Positions 23,779 through 38,331 of a DNA stretch of 64,000 nucleotides are shown one piece after another; the stretch's first letter is position 1; every line of letters begins with the position of its first letter. The position numbers and the translations under genes were made by a program. The notes beneath the pieces were generated by a model that was given only the letters and a program-made list of their open reading frames with translations, did not search any database and was not told the DNA's origin. Origin of the DNA: Eledone cirrhosa (lineage: Eukaryota); the NCBI GenBank assembly GCA_964016885.1, contig OZ024745.1:105214001-105278000 (forward strand). The letters are read 5' to 3'.

Positions 23779-26750
23779 AATTGGAGAGTCTGGGCACGGC
23801 AGACCTCTCCCTCATTAATTCTCCTTATCGTGCTTTCTTGATCAGAGACCGAGTTTCAAACAAATCATTTATGGTCGACACAGGATCTAGTTGCAGTATT
23901 TGGCCTCTTCGGTTCAGCTCTACCAAGCCAATTTTTTCCGGCATTTCCTTCCATGCAGTAAACCAGTCTCCTATAAAAACTTATGGACAAATATCTTTAT
24001 CATTGGACCTAGCTTTGCGTCGAGATTTCAAATGGATTTTCGTCGTTGCGGACCTACCTCATCCTATTCTCGGTGCTGATTTTTTACACCACTATTCACT
24101 GTTGGTAGATATCAGGATACAGAAACTTGTGGATGGTACCACATCCTTATCTACGCCTGCTCGTGGTTCTACTGCTACTGTCATAAGTCCCGCGTGTTTT
24201 ATAGCTGCCCCTGGAAACCAGTTTCATTCACTTCTTGCCTCATTTCCCGAGTTAACTGACATTTCATTTAAACCGAATCAAGTAGTCCACTCGACTCGAC
24301 TCGACATTTTATTACAACAACTGCTCCGCCTCTTTTCCCTCGTCCACGTAGGTTGGCTCCGGACAGGCTAAAGAAAGCCGGGGATGAGTTCGAACACATG
24401 CTTCAGCTTGGTCTTATACGACCGTCAACCAGCCCATGGGCATCTCCGCTTCATTTGGCTCGTAAGGGTGAGGCGGATTTTAGACCTGTGGGATATTATA
24501 GACGACTTAATGCTATCACTACACCTGATCGTTATCCGTTACCAAATTTACAGGAATTTTCATCCGTTCTGCATGGATGCAAGACATTTTCTAAAATAGA
24601 TCTCGTACGCGCTTACCATCAAATACCCATGCATCCAGAAGACATACCAAAAACAGCTTTTGGTTCGTTTGAATGTCTATCCATGCCTTTTGGTTTGCGG
24701 AATGCCTCTAGTACGTTCCAACGTTTTATCGATGAAGTCACGCGTGGATTGGATTTCGTGATTGCTTACGTAGATGATCTCCTGATAGTCAGTGATTCAG
24801 CTGAGCACCATCATCAACATCTATCCCAGTTATTTCAACGTCTCCGATCGTACCAAGTCAGAATCAACCCAGTTAAATGTGTGTTTGGTACAGATTCACT
24901 GAAATTCTTTGGACATCTTATAGATTCAGAAGGCATTCGACCTTTGCCATCTAAGGTAGAAGCGATTCAGCATATCGCACCACCAACATCCTTGAAACAA
25001 TTACGTCATTTCTTGGGATTAATTAACTTTTATCGTCGTTTCATTCCTAACTGTGCGGAGAAGTTGTTCCCCTTGACACAGTTTTTAAAGACTGCAAAAA
25101 AGAAAGATGCTCCTATTTCCATTTCTGTCGATGCCTTGCAGTCTTTTGAATCCGTCAAGTCTGAGCTAGCTGAAGTTTCCTTCCTTGCCCATCCTGTTGC
25201 AAACGCGAGACTTTCCTTATCTGTTGATGCATCCGATCATGCTGTTGATGCAGTTTTGCAACATGCGATCGATCACCAGGTTCAACCACTGGCGCTTTTC
25301 TCACGCCAAGCAACGTTACAGTACTTTTGACAGAGAGCTTCTAGCGATTTATCTTGCTGTGAGACATTTCCACCATCTTCTTAAAGGTCGGGAATTCACG
25401 GTATTCACAGACCATAAACCACTCACATTCGCTCTTCAAACCAAATCCGACAGGTACTCTCCGAGAGCGTATAGGCATCTGGATCTCATCTCCCAGTATA
25501 CCAGTGACATTCGTCATATAGCTGGAACTGCCAACATACCTGCGGACGCACTATCTCGACTTTCTGTGTGTTCTCTTGCGTCTCCTGCACATATCGCTTT
25601 GGTTGCCATAGCAACTGACCAACCTATTTTGGATTCGTTGGACTTTTCTTCTACCCAAGTTTCCTGCTGTAAGTTTGATTATTTACCTCTTCCATCTGCC
25701 GAAGGAAAAATTCTTTGCGATATTTCTACTGGATCACCCAGACCGCTTATTCCGGATTGTCATCAGCGTACCGTTTTTGATGCACTTCATTCCTTGTCAC
25801 ATCCTTGCATAGTTGCCACGGTGAAGCTTATTACGGTTCGATTCTTCTGGCCTAATATGCGTCGTTTAATCACCAGTTGGGGACGTTCTTGTTTGAAGTG
25901 TCAGCGCTCTAAGATTTATCTGCATGTCCGCGCTCCTCTTGGGAAATTCAGCCCGCCAGACACACGTTTCCGTCATATTCACATGGATATTGTTGGTCCG
26001 TGGCCCGTTAGTCGTGGGTTCACATACATATTGACTTGTATCGATCGTTTCTCTCGGTGGCCTGAAGCCATACCCCTAGTGGACATAACAGCAGAGTGCG
26101 TGCCCGAGCTTTCATTTCCAATTGCATTGCTCGCTTTGGTGCTCCTACTAAAATAACTACGGATCGTGGACGCCAATTTGAAGCTTCCTTATTTCGTGAA
26201 ATATCACGACTCTTGGGTGCTCATCACATTCATACGACCAGCTATCACCCAGCCGCCAATGGAATGGTCGAGAGGTTTCATAGACAGCTGAAAGCTGCAC
26301 TTCACGCTACTCCTGATCTGCAACGTTGGACCGAATTTTTGCCAATCGTGCTTCTTGGTTGTCGGTCTACCATTAAGACAGATTTAGGTTTTTCTTCTGC
26401 TGAACTTCTTTATAGTACCACATTGTCTCTTCCTGGACAAATGTTAGTACCAGTGGATTCATCACATCTTGACCCAGCATCATATGTCACCAGGATTCGT
26501 TCGTATTTCTCGGATCTTCCACCGATGAACCCTCGTGACCAGTCTATTTCTTCTGCTGTCGCATCGGACATCTCTACGTGGACACACATTTTCATACGGA
26601 ATGATTCCCTCAAGAGACCTCTTACGTCACGCTAAAATGGACCTTTTCGTGTGCTTTCGCACACACCCACACATTTCACAGTGGCTGTCAATAGTCGAAA
26701 AGAGACAATATTCATTGTCAGAGCAAAGTAGGCTTTCTCTGAAAGTCTCA
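23770..26750 (+). pseudogene. pol: Gypsy pol (protease, RT, RNase H, integrase), frameshifted
   Basis: VDTGSS; SPWASPL, MPFGLRNA, YVDDLL; TDHKPL, ADALSR; HSLSH..CLKC; HMDIVGP, TDRGRQF, NGMVERFHR. Confidence 0.93.
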
Positions 26751-27214
26751 TGACATACCTGACACTGCCTGACATACCTCGTACATACACTCCCACACCA
26801 ACACCTTCACCTCCACAGCAAACACCACATACCACACAACCTTATGTGGCATTAACTAGTGGCATTAACAAACTTCTTTTTCAGTTTTCAGATAGAAATA
26901 GTGTCAGAAAGCCTGTACACTGGTGATGTATGAACTATTTGACTTTGAAAAACTTAAAAAAACTTTGAACTTACCATTGAACATTAATTTTCTCTGCTCC
27001 CTTATATTAACTTTGAATTATCAGTTTCTTACATTCACATTTTTCTTTGTAAAATGCATTTACTTGTTTTGTGCTCCTTTGCTATTTGCTTGCTCATGTT
27101 TTTTTAATATTCATTCATTTTCTTGTAGCTTTTGTTTTGCTCCTCATTTTTTACGGGTTCTAGCTACAATGACCTTCGTTTGATTATTCGACTTCTCGTC
27201 TGAGAGGGGAGTCT

Positions 27215-27665
27215 TGTAGCGCCCTCTAGACAAGGGAAGTAGCTAGAGTTACTTCTCGTTGAAATTCTAGAACCTTCCTTTAAACTTCCGTTCAAGGGAT
27301 TATAAAAGAGGAAACTGAAATCCATCTTCCTCTTTTTGGCGGCTTTTCTCAAACTGATCACATCGAGCGCAAGCAGGCTAACCTTTTCCCAACCACATCT
27401 CATGGTTCAGGATTGTACCTCGTTATGCCACGAGGATATTTGTTTACCACGTTTGTAACATGGACTACAATAAATGCAAGTTATTTTTGAGACTCGTTTT
27501 GAGAAATTCGTTCCGCTTTCAGTCATTACTTCTTGTAGTGAGAGATAATTCTCACACGGCATGATATTGTATGAACATTCTCTTATCTCATATTTCTATT
27601 AAGTTTAGTAGTTGGGATCCGGTGGTACTTACTGGAGTAAGTAACCCTGGGACCAGCTCACTAAA
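27215..27665 (+). repeat. 3' LTR
   Basis: Direct repeat of the 5' LTR. Confidence 0.95.
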
Positions 27666-28009
27666 TCTCCTTTAGAAGTATCTGTATTCCGATATCATCT
27701 TATACATACATACATAACCTTTCTCTCCCCCTCACTCTCTCTCCCCTCCCCTCTCTCTCTCAATTTCTTTCTTTCTCTCCCCCTCACTCACTCTCTCTCT
27801 CTCTAACAATCTAACCTACTCTCTGTAGCCAACTAATATTTTCCCTCTACCCATCTAACTTTCTCCTTTTCTCTTTTATCCTTTTATCCTCCCATCCCGT
27901 TTCCTGCTCTTCAATTTTTATAACTATAACACCTACACCTACATTTACACGCCATGATCAACATGTTTTACCCTTCGGTTCCTCTCTCTTCTCTCTCCTT
28001 GTTATTATG

Positions 28010-28197
28010 TGGATTGGCAGTATCGGTAGAGGGTCGGACGCCATGATTTGACGCATAGAGTTACGGCCCTTGCCATTCTGAGTTCAAATCCCGCCGAGGT
28101 TAACTTTGCCTTTCATCCTTACGGGGTCGATAAAATAAAGTACCAGTAATGCACTGGGTAATTGCTGGCCTTGTGCCTAAAGTAGAAACAATTATTA
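28010..28197 (+). mobile_element. tRNA-head SINE, full length
   Basis: Family consensus match. Confidence 0.9.
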
Positions 28198-28432
28198 TCA
28201 TATATCCCATATATCCATTTTTCTTATTCCACCCTCTTCTATTTTTTTCTTCTTTCTCTCGCTTTCTCTTCTTTATTTCTCCCTAACCCTCTCCTCTCCC
28301 TCTTTTCTATAGTATACTATATCCATTTTCCTTCATTTTCTCTTTTCTTATTTTCCTTCTCTCTCTCACCTATCTCTGTAACTCTTTCAATTAGTCGATG
28401 TCTCTCATTGTCTTTTTTATGGCCTATTCTCT

Positions 28433-28881
28433 TCTTTACTAACATTTTGTCCTATTCCTCCTTATGTCATCTTTACTAACATTTTGTCCTATTCCTCCTT
28501 ATGTCATCTTTACTAACATTTTGTCCTATTCCTCCTTATGTCATCTTTACTAACATTTTGTCCTATTCCTCCTTATGTCATCTTTACTAACATTTTGTCC
28601 TATTCCTCCTTATGTCATCTTTACTAACATTTTGTCCTATTCCTCCTTATGTCATCTTTACTAACATTTTGTCTTATTCCTCCTTATGTCATCTTTACTA
28701 ACATTTTGTCCTATTCCTCCTTATGTCATCTTTACTAACATTTTGTCCTATTCCTCCTTATGTCATCTTTACTAACATTTTGTCTTATTCCTCCTTATGT
28801 CATCTTTACTAACATTTTGTCCTATTCCTCCTTATGTCATCTTTACTAACATTTTGTCCTATTCCTCCTTATGTCATCTTT
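28433..28881. repeat. 37-bp minisatellite, about 12 copies
   Basis: Unit cctattcctccttatgtcatctttactaacattttgt, nearly invariant. Confidence 0.95.
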
Positions 28882-29641
28882 TCAGCTTACCCCAACCTTT
28901 CAATTTCGCTCTCTTGTCTTGGTACGCCTTTCTGTCTGTCGGTCTGTCTGTCTGTCTGTCGGTCGATCTGTCTGTTTGTCTCTCCGTCTGTCGGTCTGTC
29001 TGTCTGTCTGTCGGTCGGTCGGTCTGTCGGTCTGTCGGTCTGTTCTCTCATCTTTCCATTCTAAAGGCGAACTTTTTTCTTAACCTCACCCCACACAGTT
29101 TTATACCACTTTTCCAAACTCTGCTAACCTTTAACATATTTCTCCACCTTCCCACTCTCATTATTTACCACTCACACTGTCTTTCCTCTTTTCTTATATT
29201 CCATGAGCGCTTTCGTTATTTTCAAATATCAGGAATCTATCCAAACATGATCTCTTATTTCCTGCAATTTTCTCAGTTTTAACCACCCCCTCCCCCAACA
29301 TATCATCCTTTAATTCATTCTGTGTCAATTAAAAGAAAAAAGAGAGAAGTCTGCCTATCAAAACTGAACTTCAGCCTTCAATCAGTTCTTATACCATTTT
29401 TTTACCCCTTCTTTTCCCTTCTTTTACACCATTCTTTCCTTCTTTCCTTCCTCCTTTCCTTCCCTTTTGCCTTTATTTAATTATTCATCAAATTATGGAA
29501 TTATTCGTTCATTCATTCATTCATTCAGACATTTCTTCTTTTTTCTTCCTTTTTCTTCTTTCGTTTTTCTTGTTTTAATCAATCAATCAATCAACCAATC
29601 AACCATCCGAGCAGAAAATCAATTTATCAATCTATCTATAT

Positions 29642-30650
29642 CGGCACCTCCACGTATTCCTCATGGAGCTGCAGTCCTGGGTCAAGCAAAGACCAAGGAA
29701 AATGGGCGACTGGCACATCGAATGTACTCAGGCGCTCACAGTCCTCTAGCAAGCGGACCCGGCGATCAGTACAGACTCCACCTCGTCATTCTATAGAGGG
29801 TTTGTGCGCAGCAAGTGCGACGACACTCTCCGGGAAACTCTAGGCGTAGAGGAAGACGAACTGGCCAGTCTGTTCGGTAGGACATTCCGCCCGGGGCCGA
29901 TGGACAACTTTCAAAAGTTCTTGGCCTGGCAGTGCTACCGAGGAGATCTACCCGTTCGAGACAAGCAGGCCCGGGCAGGGATCCCACGAAAAAGATCTAT
30001 CCGAGATGCGTGCGAGACGAGGAAAACGTCGCGCACGCATTCGTACACTGCCCGGACGTTACCGACCTGTGGAGCTACGCAGAACGGCCACTGTCGCGGG
30101 TGAGACAAATCCGGTTGACCACCGAGTCCATCATCACGATCAAACCGCCACCCTCCTTAGAAAACGAAGGAGAGGTGGTTTTCCTCTGTGTAATGGCTAT
30201 GGTGAAAGAGGTTATATGGTGGACGAGGTTGAAAGGGCTGAGGTCAGACACCTCTCTCTCTGGCGAACAACTGGTTCGCTTCTTCAAATATCACTTTGGA
30301 AGAAGAATCAGAGTGGAGAGAGAGGTGCTGCGCCCCAGCAAATTTTACGAAAGGTGGGTGAAAGTGGCAAGAATGGCCCGAGTGTGTGGGCCTTCTCTAT
30401 GTAAACCTGTAGGTTGAGGAAAAAGAAGAAGAGAGGAAAGGAGCGCTCGCTCTTCGTGCTCCTGGAGATGAGGGTTGTACATTTTTTCGGGGTGTGTACA
30501 GCCCATGTGTAACGCCTCCCTCCTATTGGGGATTTTAATTGTTATTTGTTATTTATTTACTAGTTCTATTTTTATACGCTTGTATGTAAACTCCCCACTT
30601 TGTATTTGTATTTGTCCCCATCTTTTGTGCCCCTGTGGCAAATAAAGAAA
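29642..30650 (+). mobile_element. 5'-truncated Tx1-like element in a TATC context
   Basis: Homologous to 8217-9319; preceded by tctatctata and followed by (TATC)n. Confidence 0.9.
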
Positions 30651-30667
30651 TATATATATATCTGTCA

Positions 30668-30759
<92 letters not shown>

Positions 30760-30980
30760 CTGGGATGGACACATGTGTTAAACTTGCTCGGTAAGTTTTG
30801 TTTAAATTTCTTTAGAAATTCGTCATTGTGAACTTTTATTTTTATACCAATTTGTAGAGGGACTGACAGGTCAAATTTCGATCTGGTCAGTCTCCTAAAA
30901 TATCGTGCCCCTCAGGGCAAAAACAACCAAAATATTTAAAAAAAAAAAGAATTTTTGCAAAACACTTCAATTTAAAAAAA

Positions 30981-33035
30981 ATGGCTGAAGCAAAGGCACC
31001 TACTTTTTTGTCAAAACAAGAAGATGGGAAGGGAAAGCCATGCCTACTTGACCAGCAGATAGTAGCTGACATGGACAAAGGAATGCCAACATTATCGCCT
31101 TGAATTGGCAGTATTGGTAGAGGGTCAGACATGCTTTCCAGCGTAGTTACGTCTCTTTACGATCTGAGTTCAAATCCTGTCGCGGTTAACTTTGCCTTTC
31201 ATCCTTACAGGGTCGATAAAATAAAGTACCAGTAATACACTGGGTTATTGCTGGCCTTGTGCCAAAAGTAGAAACAATTACCGCCTCAACATTTAGAAGA
31301 GGAACAAGCTTCAGCTGCTTGTAAACAACTGAACACGCCTGACGTCACAAACGTCACATGTATCCACACACAGAAGGAAGTATGTGTAGCAAACACGAAT
31401 ACCACCACAACCAACAACAACAACACAATAGAGAACAACAACAACACAACAAAAGGAATCAGTGGCAACACAACGAATGAGACCATCATCACCACCAACA
31501 ACAACAATAACAACATTTCATTTGCAGCAACAGGATTTTAAATACTACTCCATGGACATTTCCCAAAAGTCCCAATATTTGGAAGAAGCTTCCAACTCTG
31601 TGACGTTTGAGGGAGACACCCCACACATACACATACCCCCATAAGTAAGAGAAATGACACAGAAAAAGAAGCTAATTTATAGAACAGTTGACATCACTAC
31701 CAAAAAACCGATAACGCTCCCAACAAGCACTATCGAAGCTGCACTAAAAGACATCAAGCCAGATGTGACATACCTCCAAAGAGGTAAACAGTATGTAAGT
31801 GTGTCAGTGCTCTTTCAGAGCGAAAGTCTGGCACAAAAACACTCGGTTCACCCAATAAAAACGATTCAACACATCTTCTTCCCCACATACATGGGAAGAA
31901 GATCCTACAAAATAAAAATAACCAGGATCCCAGCAGAGGTCAACATATGGTGGATCCTACGCTGCATCCTGAAGAAGGATGAGGACACCCTTTTATCTGT
32001 AGACAGGACAGACCGGCATAACTGGTTTGGAACCTGCATTCGGGTTCTGGTACAAATGAGGCCAGAGAGAGTTGAGAAAATACCGGACAGGATCGTCCTT
32101 GAGCAAGATGTCATCTCCATTTTAGTGGAGGGGAAAAGACCTCAGTGCCATAAGTGTGGGAAAACCACACACTTAAAGGCCTTTTGCCCTCTCTTAAACA
32201 AACCGAGGACAAACAAGGTGTTATTATCAACACCAAAACCCCAACACCAACACTCCAAACCAAACACAACACAAACACCTGCAACATCCACTCCCACACC
32301 ACCACAGACCAGAGACAACCACACACACAAAATCCCACTGAAAAACCCTCCATTGCCTCTCCCCCCCCCTGTCAAATACTTCCATAAACACCTGCACAAA
32401 CACTCCACCACACAACATACCCCTCCCATCTACCCCTGATTCAGAAGTCTCAGATACGGGAACCTCTACATCTCCAAGTGAGAATGAAGAGGAACCCCAA
32501 AAATCCAAAAAACAAAAAAAGACACAAAGAAGACGCAAAAACATCTACAGAAAACACGCACACACACAACCCCACCGTAAACACACCGCCACAAACGAGA
32601 AACACACCAGCAACACAATCACCACCAACACAACCAAACACTTCACCAACAAAACAAACACCCACACCACCACAATCACAAACCCCAACCACAAAAAGAA
32701 AACTACAAACAGAAACAGTACACATAAAAAACAAAACACTCTACACATACATAAAAACAAGAAACAAAGAACTGGTGGAAACTGTCCGAAAGGACCCCAC
32801 AATATAAACGGAAGGGAAAACCTTCCCCACCAACGACCCACCCCCAAACCTCAAACTTATCAGGGTAACAACCCTACAGTATGAAACTTTAAAAGAGAAC
32901 TTCCCACATGATGTGGGCCCTCCTTGCCAAAAAGCCCCTTAACCGTGTCCTGCTAAAAGGATTCCCTCCCTCCCCAAACACCACCAATCTGGACATGGAG
33001 ATCGAACAACCCGACCTCCAGGAAACGAAAAGGTA
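30981..33035 (+). pseudogene. ORF1 (gag-like, CCHC knuckle), interrupted by a SINE and stops
   Basis: MAEAKAPTFL.. frame continues across the SINE insertion; CX2CX4HX4C near 32146; end coordinate approximate. Confidence 0.65.
31101..31280 (+). mobile_element. tRNA-head SINE inserted in Tx1 ORF1 with TSD
   Basis: TSD attatcgcct (31091-31100) / attaccgcct (31277-31286). Confidence 0.9.
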
Positions 33036-33076
33036 AGTGTTCCTGCCATTTCTCTCCTTAACTCTTCTTCACCAAC

Positions 33077-36000
33077 ATGGCGACTATACAAGCTGGATGT
33101 TTGAATGTACGTGGCCTGGGTATGTCCTGGAAACAGGGCCAGCTTTTAAATGTTCTCAGGTCACATTGTATAGATGTGATAGCCATCACCGAGTCCAGAA
33201 TTCACGACAAGCAGCAGCTAACCCCCATGTTCGATGATTTTGAGATCTACGCATCTCTCTGTCAGCCAGTAGGTGGAGGGGGAGTTGCTGTTCTGTTTCG
33301 AAAAAACTTGAATCTCAAAATACAGACGATTCACTTGGACCCGGAGGGCCGCCTGGTGGTCCTGGACGTGAATGGTAGTGAAGGTGGAGCTTTCAGATGG
33401 TGGCCGTATATGCCCCGACTGGGACATCACGACCAGAATTCTTCAAGCGTCTGGAGCCATTCCTGGGAACGTCTCGCTCCTTAGTGTTAGCGGGGGACTG
33501 GAATGGCATCTTGGACGCACGTTGGGACTATGTAGGAGCTTGTGATAATAGGGGGGGGGGGTGTAATAGCCTAAAAAAATCTCATCAGCCAATTCCAACT
33601 GGCTGATAGATATCGACTAGACTTCCCAAGTGCACCACTGTGGACGTGGAGCAACCGCGCTGGGTCTTCTAGATCGCATTTAGATAGATTTTTAATTAGA
33701 CAGAATGATAAGGAAACATTAAGCTGTCCACAAATACACATGGTTGCCTATTCAGACCACAAATTAGTCACCTGCGTAGTCAACCTTGATAGAACACATA
33801 GACAGGGACTCGGATACTGGAAGCTAAACATGTCGCTCCCGGCGCGTAAGGCATACAGTAAACGGATTAGCACCTTAGTTAAGTGCCAGTTGATGGGGGC
33901 GATCGTCAACAACAGGTGGTGGAGCTCTCTCAAGAGAGCAATTAGAATAGAATCTATAGCATTTAGCAAGGAAGTAGCTTTAGAAAAAAACAAAACTTAA
34001 AAGGAACTGGTAGCTAAAATAGAAGAGGCACTTAGGAATGGTAGTACAGCTGACATGCTAGCGGCGAGAACGGCACTAGACCAGTTCTTCAACGTGAAAC
34101 ACGAAGGTTGTATTGTCAGAAGTAGAACACATGCTCTAAGAAACCAGAGAGCCAAAGCTGTTAGCTGGGCCCGAGTGGCAGAGGCGAAAAGTGGCAACAA
34201 ATCCACAATTCGGTCTTTGCAAGACAAAGATGGACGCATTATATTTGAATCCAAGCAGATGTGTGCGGTCTTACAGCAGCATTTTGCACAACTGTTCGGG
34301 AAAAGCGGTACATCGAGCGAGGTGATGGACTTCAGCTCCTAGCTCGACGGCGTACCGCGACTCTCGAGCACGGATGCGGAGAGCTGCGAAAGGCCGATCA
34401 CAGCGGGCGAAATAGAAGATGCCCTAGGCCGCTGCGGGAAACGCAAATCACCCGGTTTAGATGGTCTACCCTATGAGTTTTACGTAGGCATGCCAGACTT
34501 GTTCTCTGGCGTCCTCGAAGCGGTCTACTGCAACTAGCAGCAGAACGGATTCCCAGTTCTGTAGGCAGAGGCGTAGTAACGCTGATCAGGAAAGATGAGA
34601 ACAAGGGGGATGAGATAAGCAATTTCAGGCCCATAACTCTGCTCAACACAGAGTTAAAGATTTTGGCCAAGGTGTTAGCAGCAAGGCTGGCGCTTGTCGT
34701 CGAGAACCTGGTAGAGGAAGCCCAAACGTGTGCAATCCCGACCAGATCCATACACGACAACCTCCACCTCATGCGTTACATCATAGAGATGGTAGGGTGT
34801 AAACCTGGCTTTGGTGGGGCTCTGATAAATTTAGATCAGTCTAACGCATTTGATAGGGTCGACCATCAATACTTGGAAGCAGTTCTCAAGGCGGCCGGCT
34901 TCGGTCCCGTTTTCAGAGGCTGGATCGCTGCCATGCACACCAGCATCTGCTCGGCAGTCAAGGTGAATAGCTACCTATCAGAGCCATTCCAAATCATGCG
35001 TTCCATCCGTCAGGGATGCCCTCTCTCCTCCATTCTGTAGGTACTGACTCTCGAGCCGTTACTGCGGAAATTGGAGCTGTTGCAGGGCATCCTGATCTAA
35101 CCAGGACTGCGGAAAGCAGCGTCAGCCTATGCCGACGACATAACCGTAATGGTGTCGAAAACCTCGGAAATCAGGGTAATCGGCAACCTATTACAGGAAT
35201 ACGAAACGTTAACAGGAGGAAGACTAAACAAAATAAGTCTGTCGGTTTGCAACTCGGTACATGGAGAGGCAAACCCATGCCTTCCGACTGTCGTTGGACG
35301 CTGGACGGAAGGACCGGTGAAATTGGTCGGGGTCTGGTTCGGTTCAGACCTCCAGGTGGACAAGAACTGGAACGAGGTCACGGCGAAGGTGTTTGCACTC
35401 ACCCAGAAGTGGGCTGAGTTCAAACTCTCCTTGAAAGATCGAGCGGAGGTGGCGAACACTTACATAGCGTCCATCATCTACTACCGCTTGACAGTCGTGC
35501 CTTGCCCCCGCGAATACCTTACCAAAATGGAACGCCTACTCTTCAAGTTCCTCTGGAAGAAACAGGCTCCATTGGTGAGGAGATCCATCTGCTGCCAATA
35601 CCCTTCTAGCGGAGGGCTGGGCATGCCGTGACTGATGATGCGCAAACATGCGTTGAGGCTACGCCATCTCCAGGTATTCCTGACCGGTGAACCGGTGTGG
35701 CTGTCGTTTGTGAGACAAGCTCTTCCACAACTCGTCTCACTATCAGAGCTAGTCCTGGGTCAAGCGACGACCGAAAATCGGTGCCTGGCATCTCGAGTGC
35801 CTACAGGCGCTCACAGCCTTCTACCAAGCGGAAACGGCAATCAGCGGAGACTCCACTTCGACATTCTATAGGGGATTAGTGGAGGATAAGTGCGGCGACG
35901 TTCTCGGGGAAACTCTAGGCATCGAGGAGGACGAACTGACCAGTCTGTTCGGGAGGACTTTCCGTCCAGGGCCTATGGATAACTTCCAGAGGTCTCTGGC

Positions 36001-36484
36001 CTGGCCGTGCTACCGAGCAGCTCTACCAGTTCGAGACAAAATCTACAGAGATCCTGCCAAAAGGACCTGTCCAATATGCGAGCAGGACATCGAAACCGTT
36101 CTGCACGCAATTGTTCAGTGCCCAGGGGTGACCGACCTGTGGAATTATGTTGTACAGCAGCTGTCACGTGTGGGACGCATCCAGTTGTCAGCCGAGTCCA
36201 TCGTGAGGATCACTCCGCCGCCTTCATTTAAGAACGAAGGAGAGGCGGTTTTCCTCTGTCTGGTGGCTATGGCGAAAGAGGTAATATGGTGGACGAGGTT
36301 AAAAGGACTGAGGGCAAACTCCTTTCCCTCCGGACAACAACTTATCCCCTTCTTTAAGTATCACTTCAGAAAGAAGGTGAGAGTGGAGAGAGAGGTGCTA
36401 CACCCCAGTAAATTCGCTGAAAGGTGGGTGAATGTGACGAAAATGGCCCGAGTGAATGAGCCTTCTCTGTATATAAACCTGTAG
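33077..36484 (+). pseudogene. ORF2 (AP endonuclease, reverse transcriptase, zinc finger), multiple frameshifts and stops
   Basis: LNVRGL, ITESR, VYAP, GDWN, SDHKLV; KSPGLDG, FRPITLLN, AFDRVDH, RQGCPLS, AYADD; CPIC..ETVLHAIVQC. Confidence 0.92.
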
Positions 36485-36856
36485 GTTGAGGAAGATAAAC
36501 AGAGGGAAGACAGGAACACCTACAAAACGTGTTCCTGGAGTTTAGGGTTGTCCTATCCACGGGGTTTAAAACAACCCCGCAGTAGCGTTACCCCCCTCCC
36601 CCCCAATGGGGATTTCAATTGTTTTATTTTTATATAGTTTATTGTTATTTATCATTGTTAAAGATTTTATGTAAAACCCCGCTGTCATGTTCTGTAATGT
36701 CCCATTTTTGTACGCCCCTGTGGCAAATAAAGAAAGATATCTATCTATCTGTCTGCCTGTATGTCTGTCTGTATCTATCTTTCTATATTTTTCTTTATTT
36801 TGTTCAATTCATTCTGTACTTCTTTTTTCTCTCTTGTTTTCTCTTGCCAGCTCTCT

Positions 36857-36934
<78 letters not shown>

Positions 36935-36937
<3 letters not shown>

Positions 36938-37260
36938 GAAGTAAAATCCGTCGGAAAAGTCCAGGAAAAAAGAGTGCTCTATGTAGGTAACAGAGCTTAA
37001 TAGTTATGTAATAAACAACATAAGGCAATTATTCCATTTACCAGTGGTTTCTTAAAAGCAAAAAATTTTGCTTTCAATCATCAGAATGAAAAAATCCTGG
37101 TCTATTTATTGAATTGGATTTTAAAAAATCCAATTCAATTTTTTAAAATCCAATTCAATAAATAGACCACGATTTTTTCATTCTGATGATTGAAAGCAAC
37201 ATTTTTTGCTTTTAAGAAACCACTGGTAAATGGAATAATTGCCTTATGTTGTTTATTACA

Positions 37261-37267
<7 letters not shown>
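36935..37267 (-). mobile_element. Fold-back element (arms about 37000-37135 and 37140-37267) with unique tail, in (TA)n
   Basis: Near-perfect palindrome; tail shared with 13643-13745 and 18625-18705. Confidence 0.85.
37176..37235 (+). ncRNA. Type I hammerhead ribozyme (mirror about 37032-37091)
   Basis: tttcatt CTGATGA ttgaaagcaa..ttgcttttaa GAAAC cactg GTA aatggaa. Confidence 0.8.
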
Positions 37268-37329
<62 letters not shown>

Positions 37330-37330
<1 letters not shown>

Positions 37331-37794
37331 GAATATTTTAGTATCGTGAGAGAGTAGAGGTTTAAAGGGATAAGCGATACATATAGTTAATTGCCAAAAG
37401 CTGGTGCATTTGTGCTCAATACTTGTGCCTAGAGGGTTAAATATCGGAATCGTTAATATTTAGCGGGCGAGAATATAAGCAGAGCGGTTACAAATGAAAG
37501 GATTACAAAGGAGAATACATACTGTTAGAACATGTTTATACAAAAGCACCTACGTACGTTAGCCCGAACAGGGCTTCTCAAGGGCATACAAATCTAGAGA
37601 GTGTTCAGTACAGGACCCAGAAGGGTTCTTAAAGTGATAGTCACATCAAAGTTCATTCTTGATTCAAACAGACATATACTGAACACTCTCTAGATTTGTA
37701 TGCCCTTGAGAAGCTCTGTTCGGGCGAAACGTACGTAGGTGCTTTTGTTTAGACATGTTCTAACAGTATGTATTCTCCTTTGTAATCCTTTCAT
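37330..37794 (-). mobile_element. Fold-back element (arms 37494-37610 and 37677-37794) with U3-A8 hammerhead at 37701-37742
   Basis: gccc TTGAGAA gctc tgttc gggc GAAAC GTAC GTA ggt; tail with gtgctcaatac. Confidence 0.7.
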
Positions 37795-37821
37795 ATATCT
37801 ATACCTATATCTATCTCTATA

Positions 37822-38329
<508 letters not shown>

Positions 38330-38331
<2 letters not shown>

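Larger units (their letters stand above)
22407..27665 (+). mobile_element. Full-length decayed Ty3/Gypsy LTR retrotransposon, CsRn1-like
   Basis: LTRs 22407-22858 and 27215-27665; 4-bp TSD tctc; PBS tggtgacctccg at 22861; PPT gagaggggag before the 3' LTR; PR-RT-RH-IN order. Confidence 0.95.
30760..36735 (+). mobile_element. Near full-length Tx1/L1-clade non-LTR retrotransposon (ORF1 plus ORF2), inactivated
   Basis: Appears to start right after (TATC)n; ORF1 with CHKCGKTTHLKAFC knuckle; ORF2 APE plus RT; ends aataaagaaa followed by gatatctatctatct. Confidence 0.9.

Noticed and set aside
28433-28881. CRISPR-like 37-bp repeat
   Set aside because: Units are contiguous with no spacers, there are no cas genes, and the context is eukaryotic
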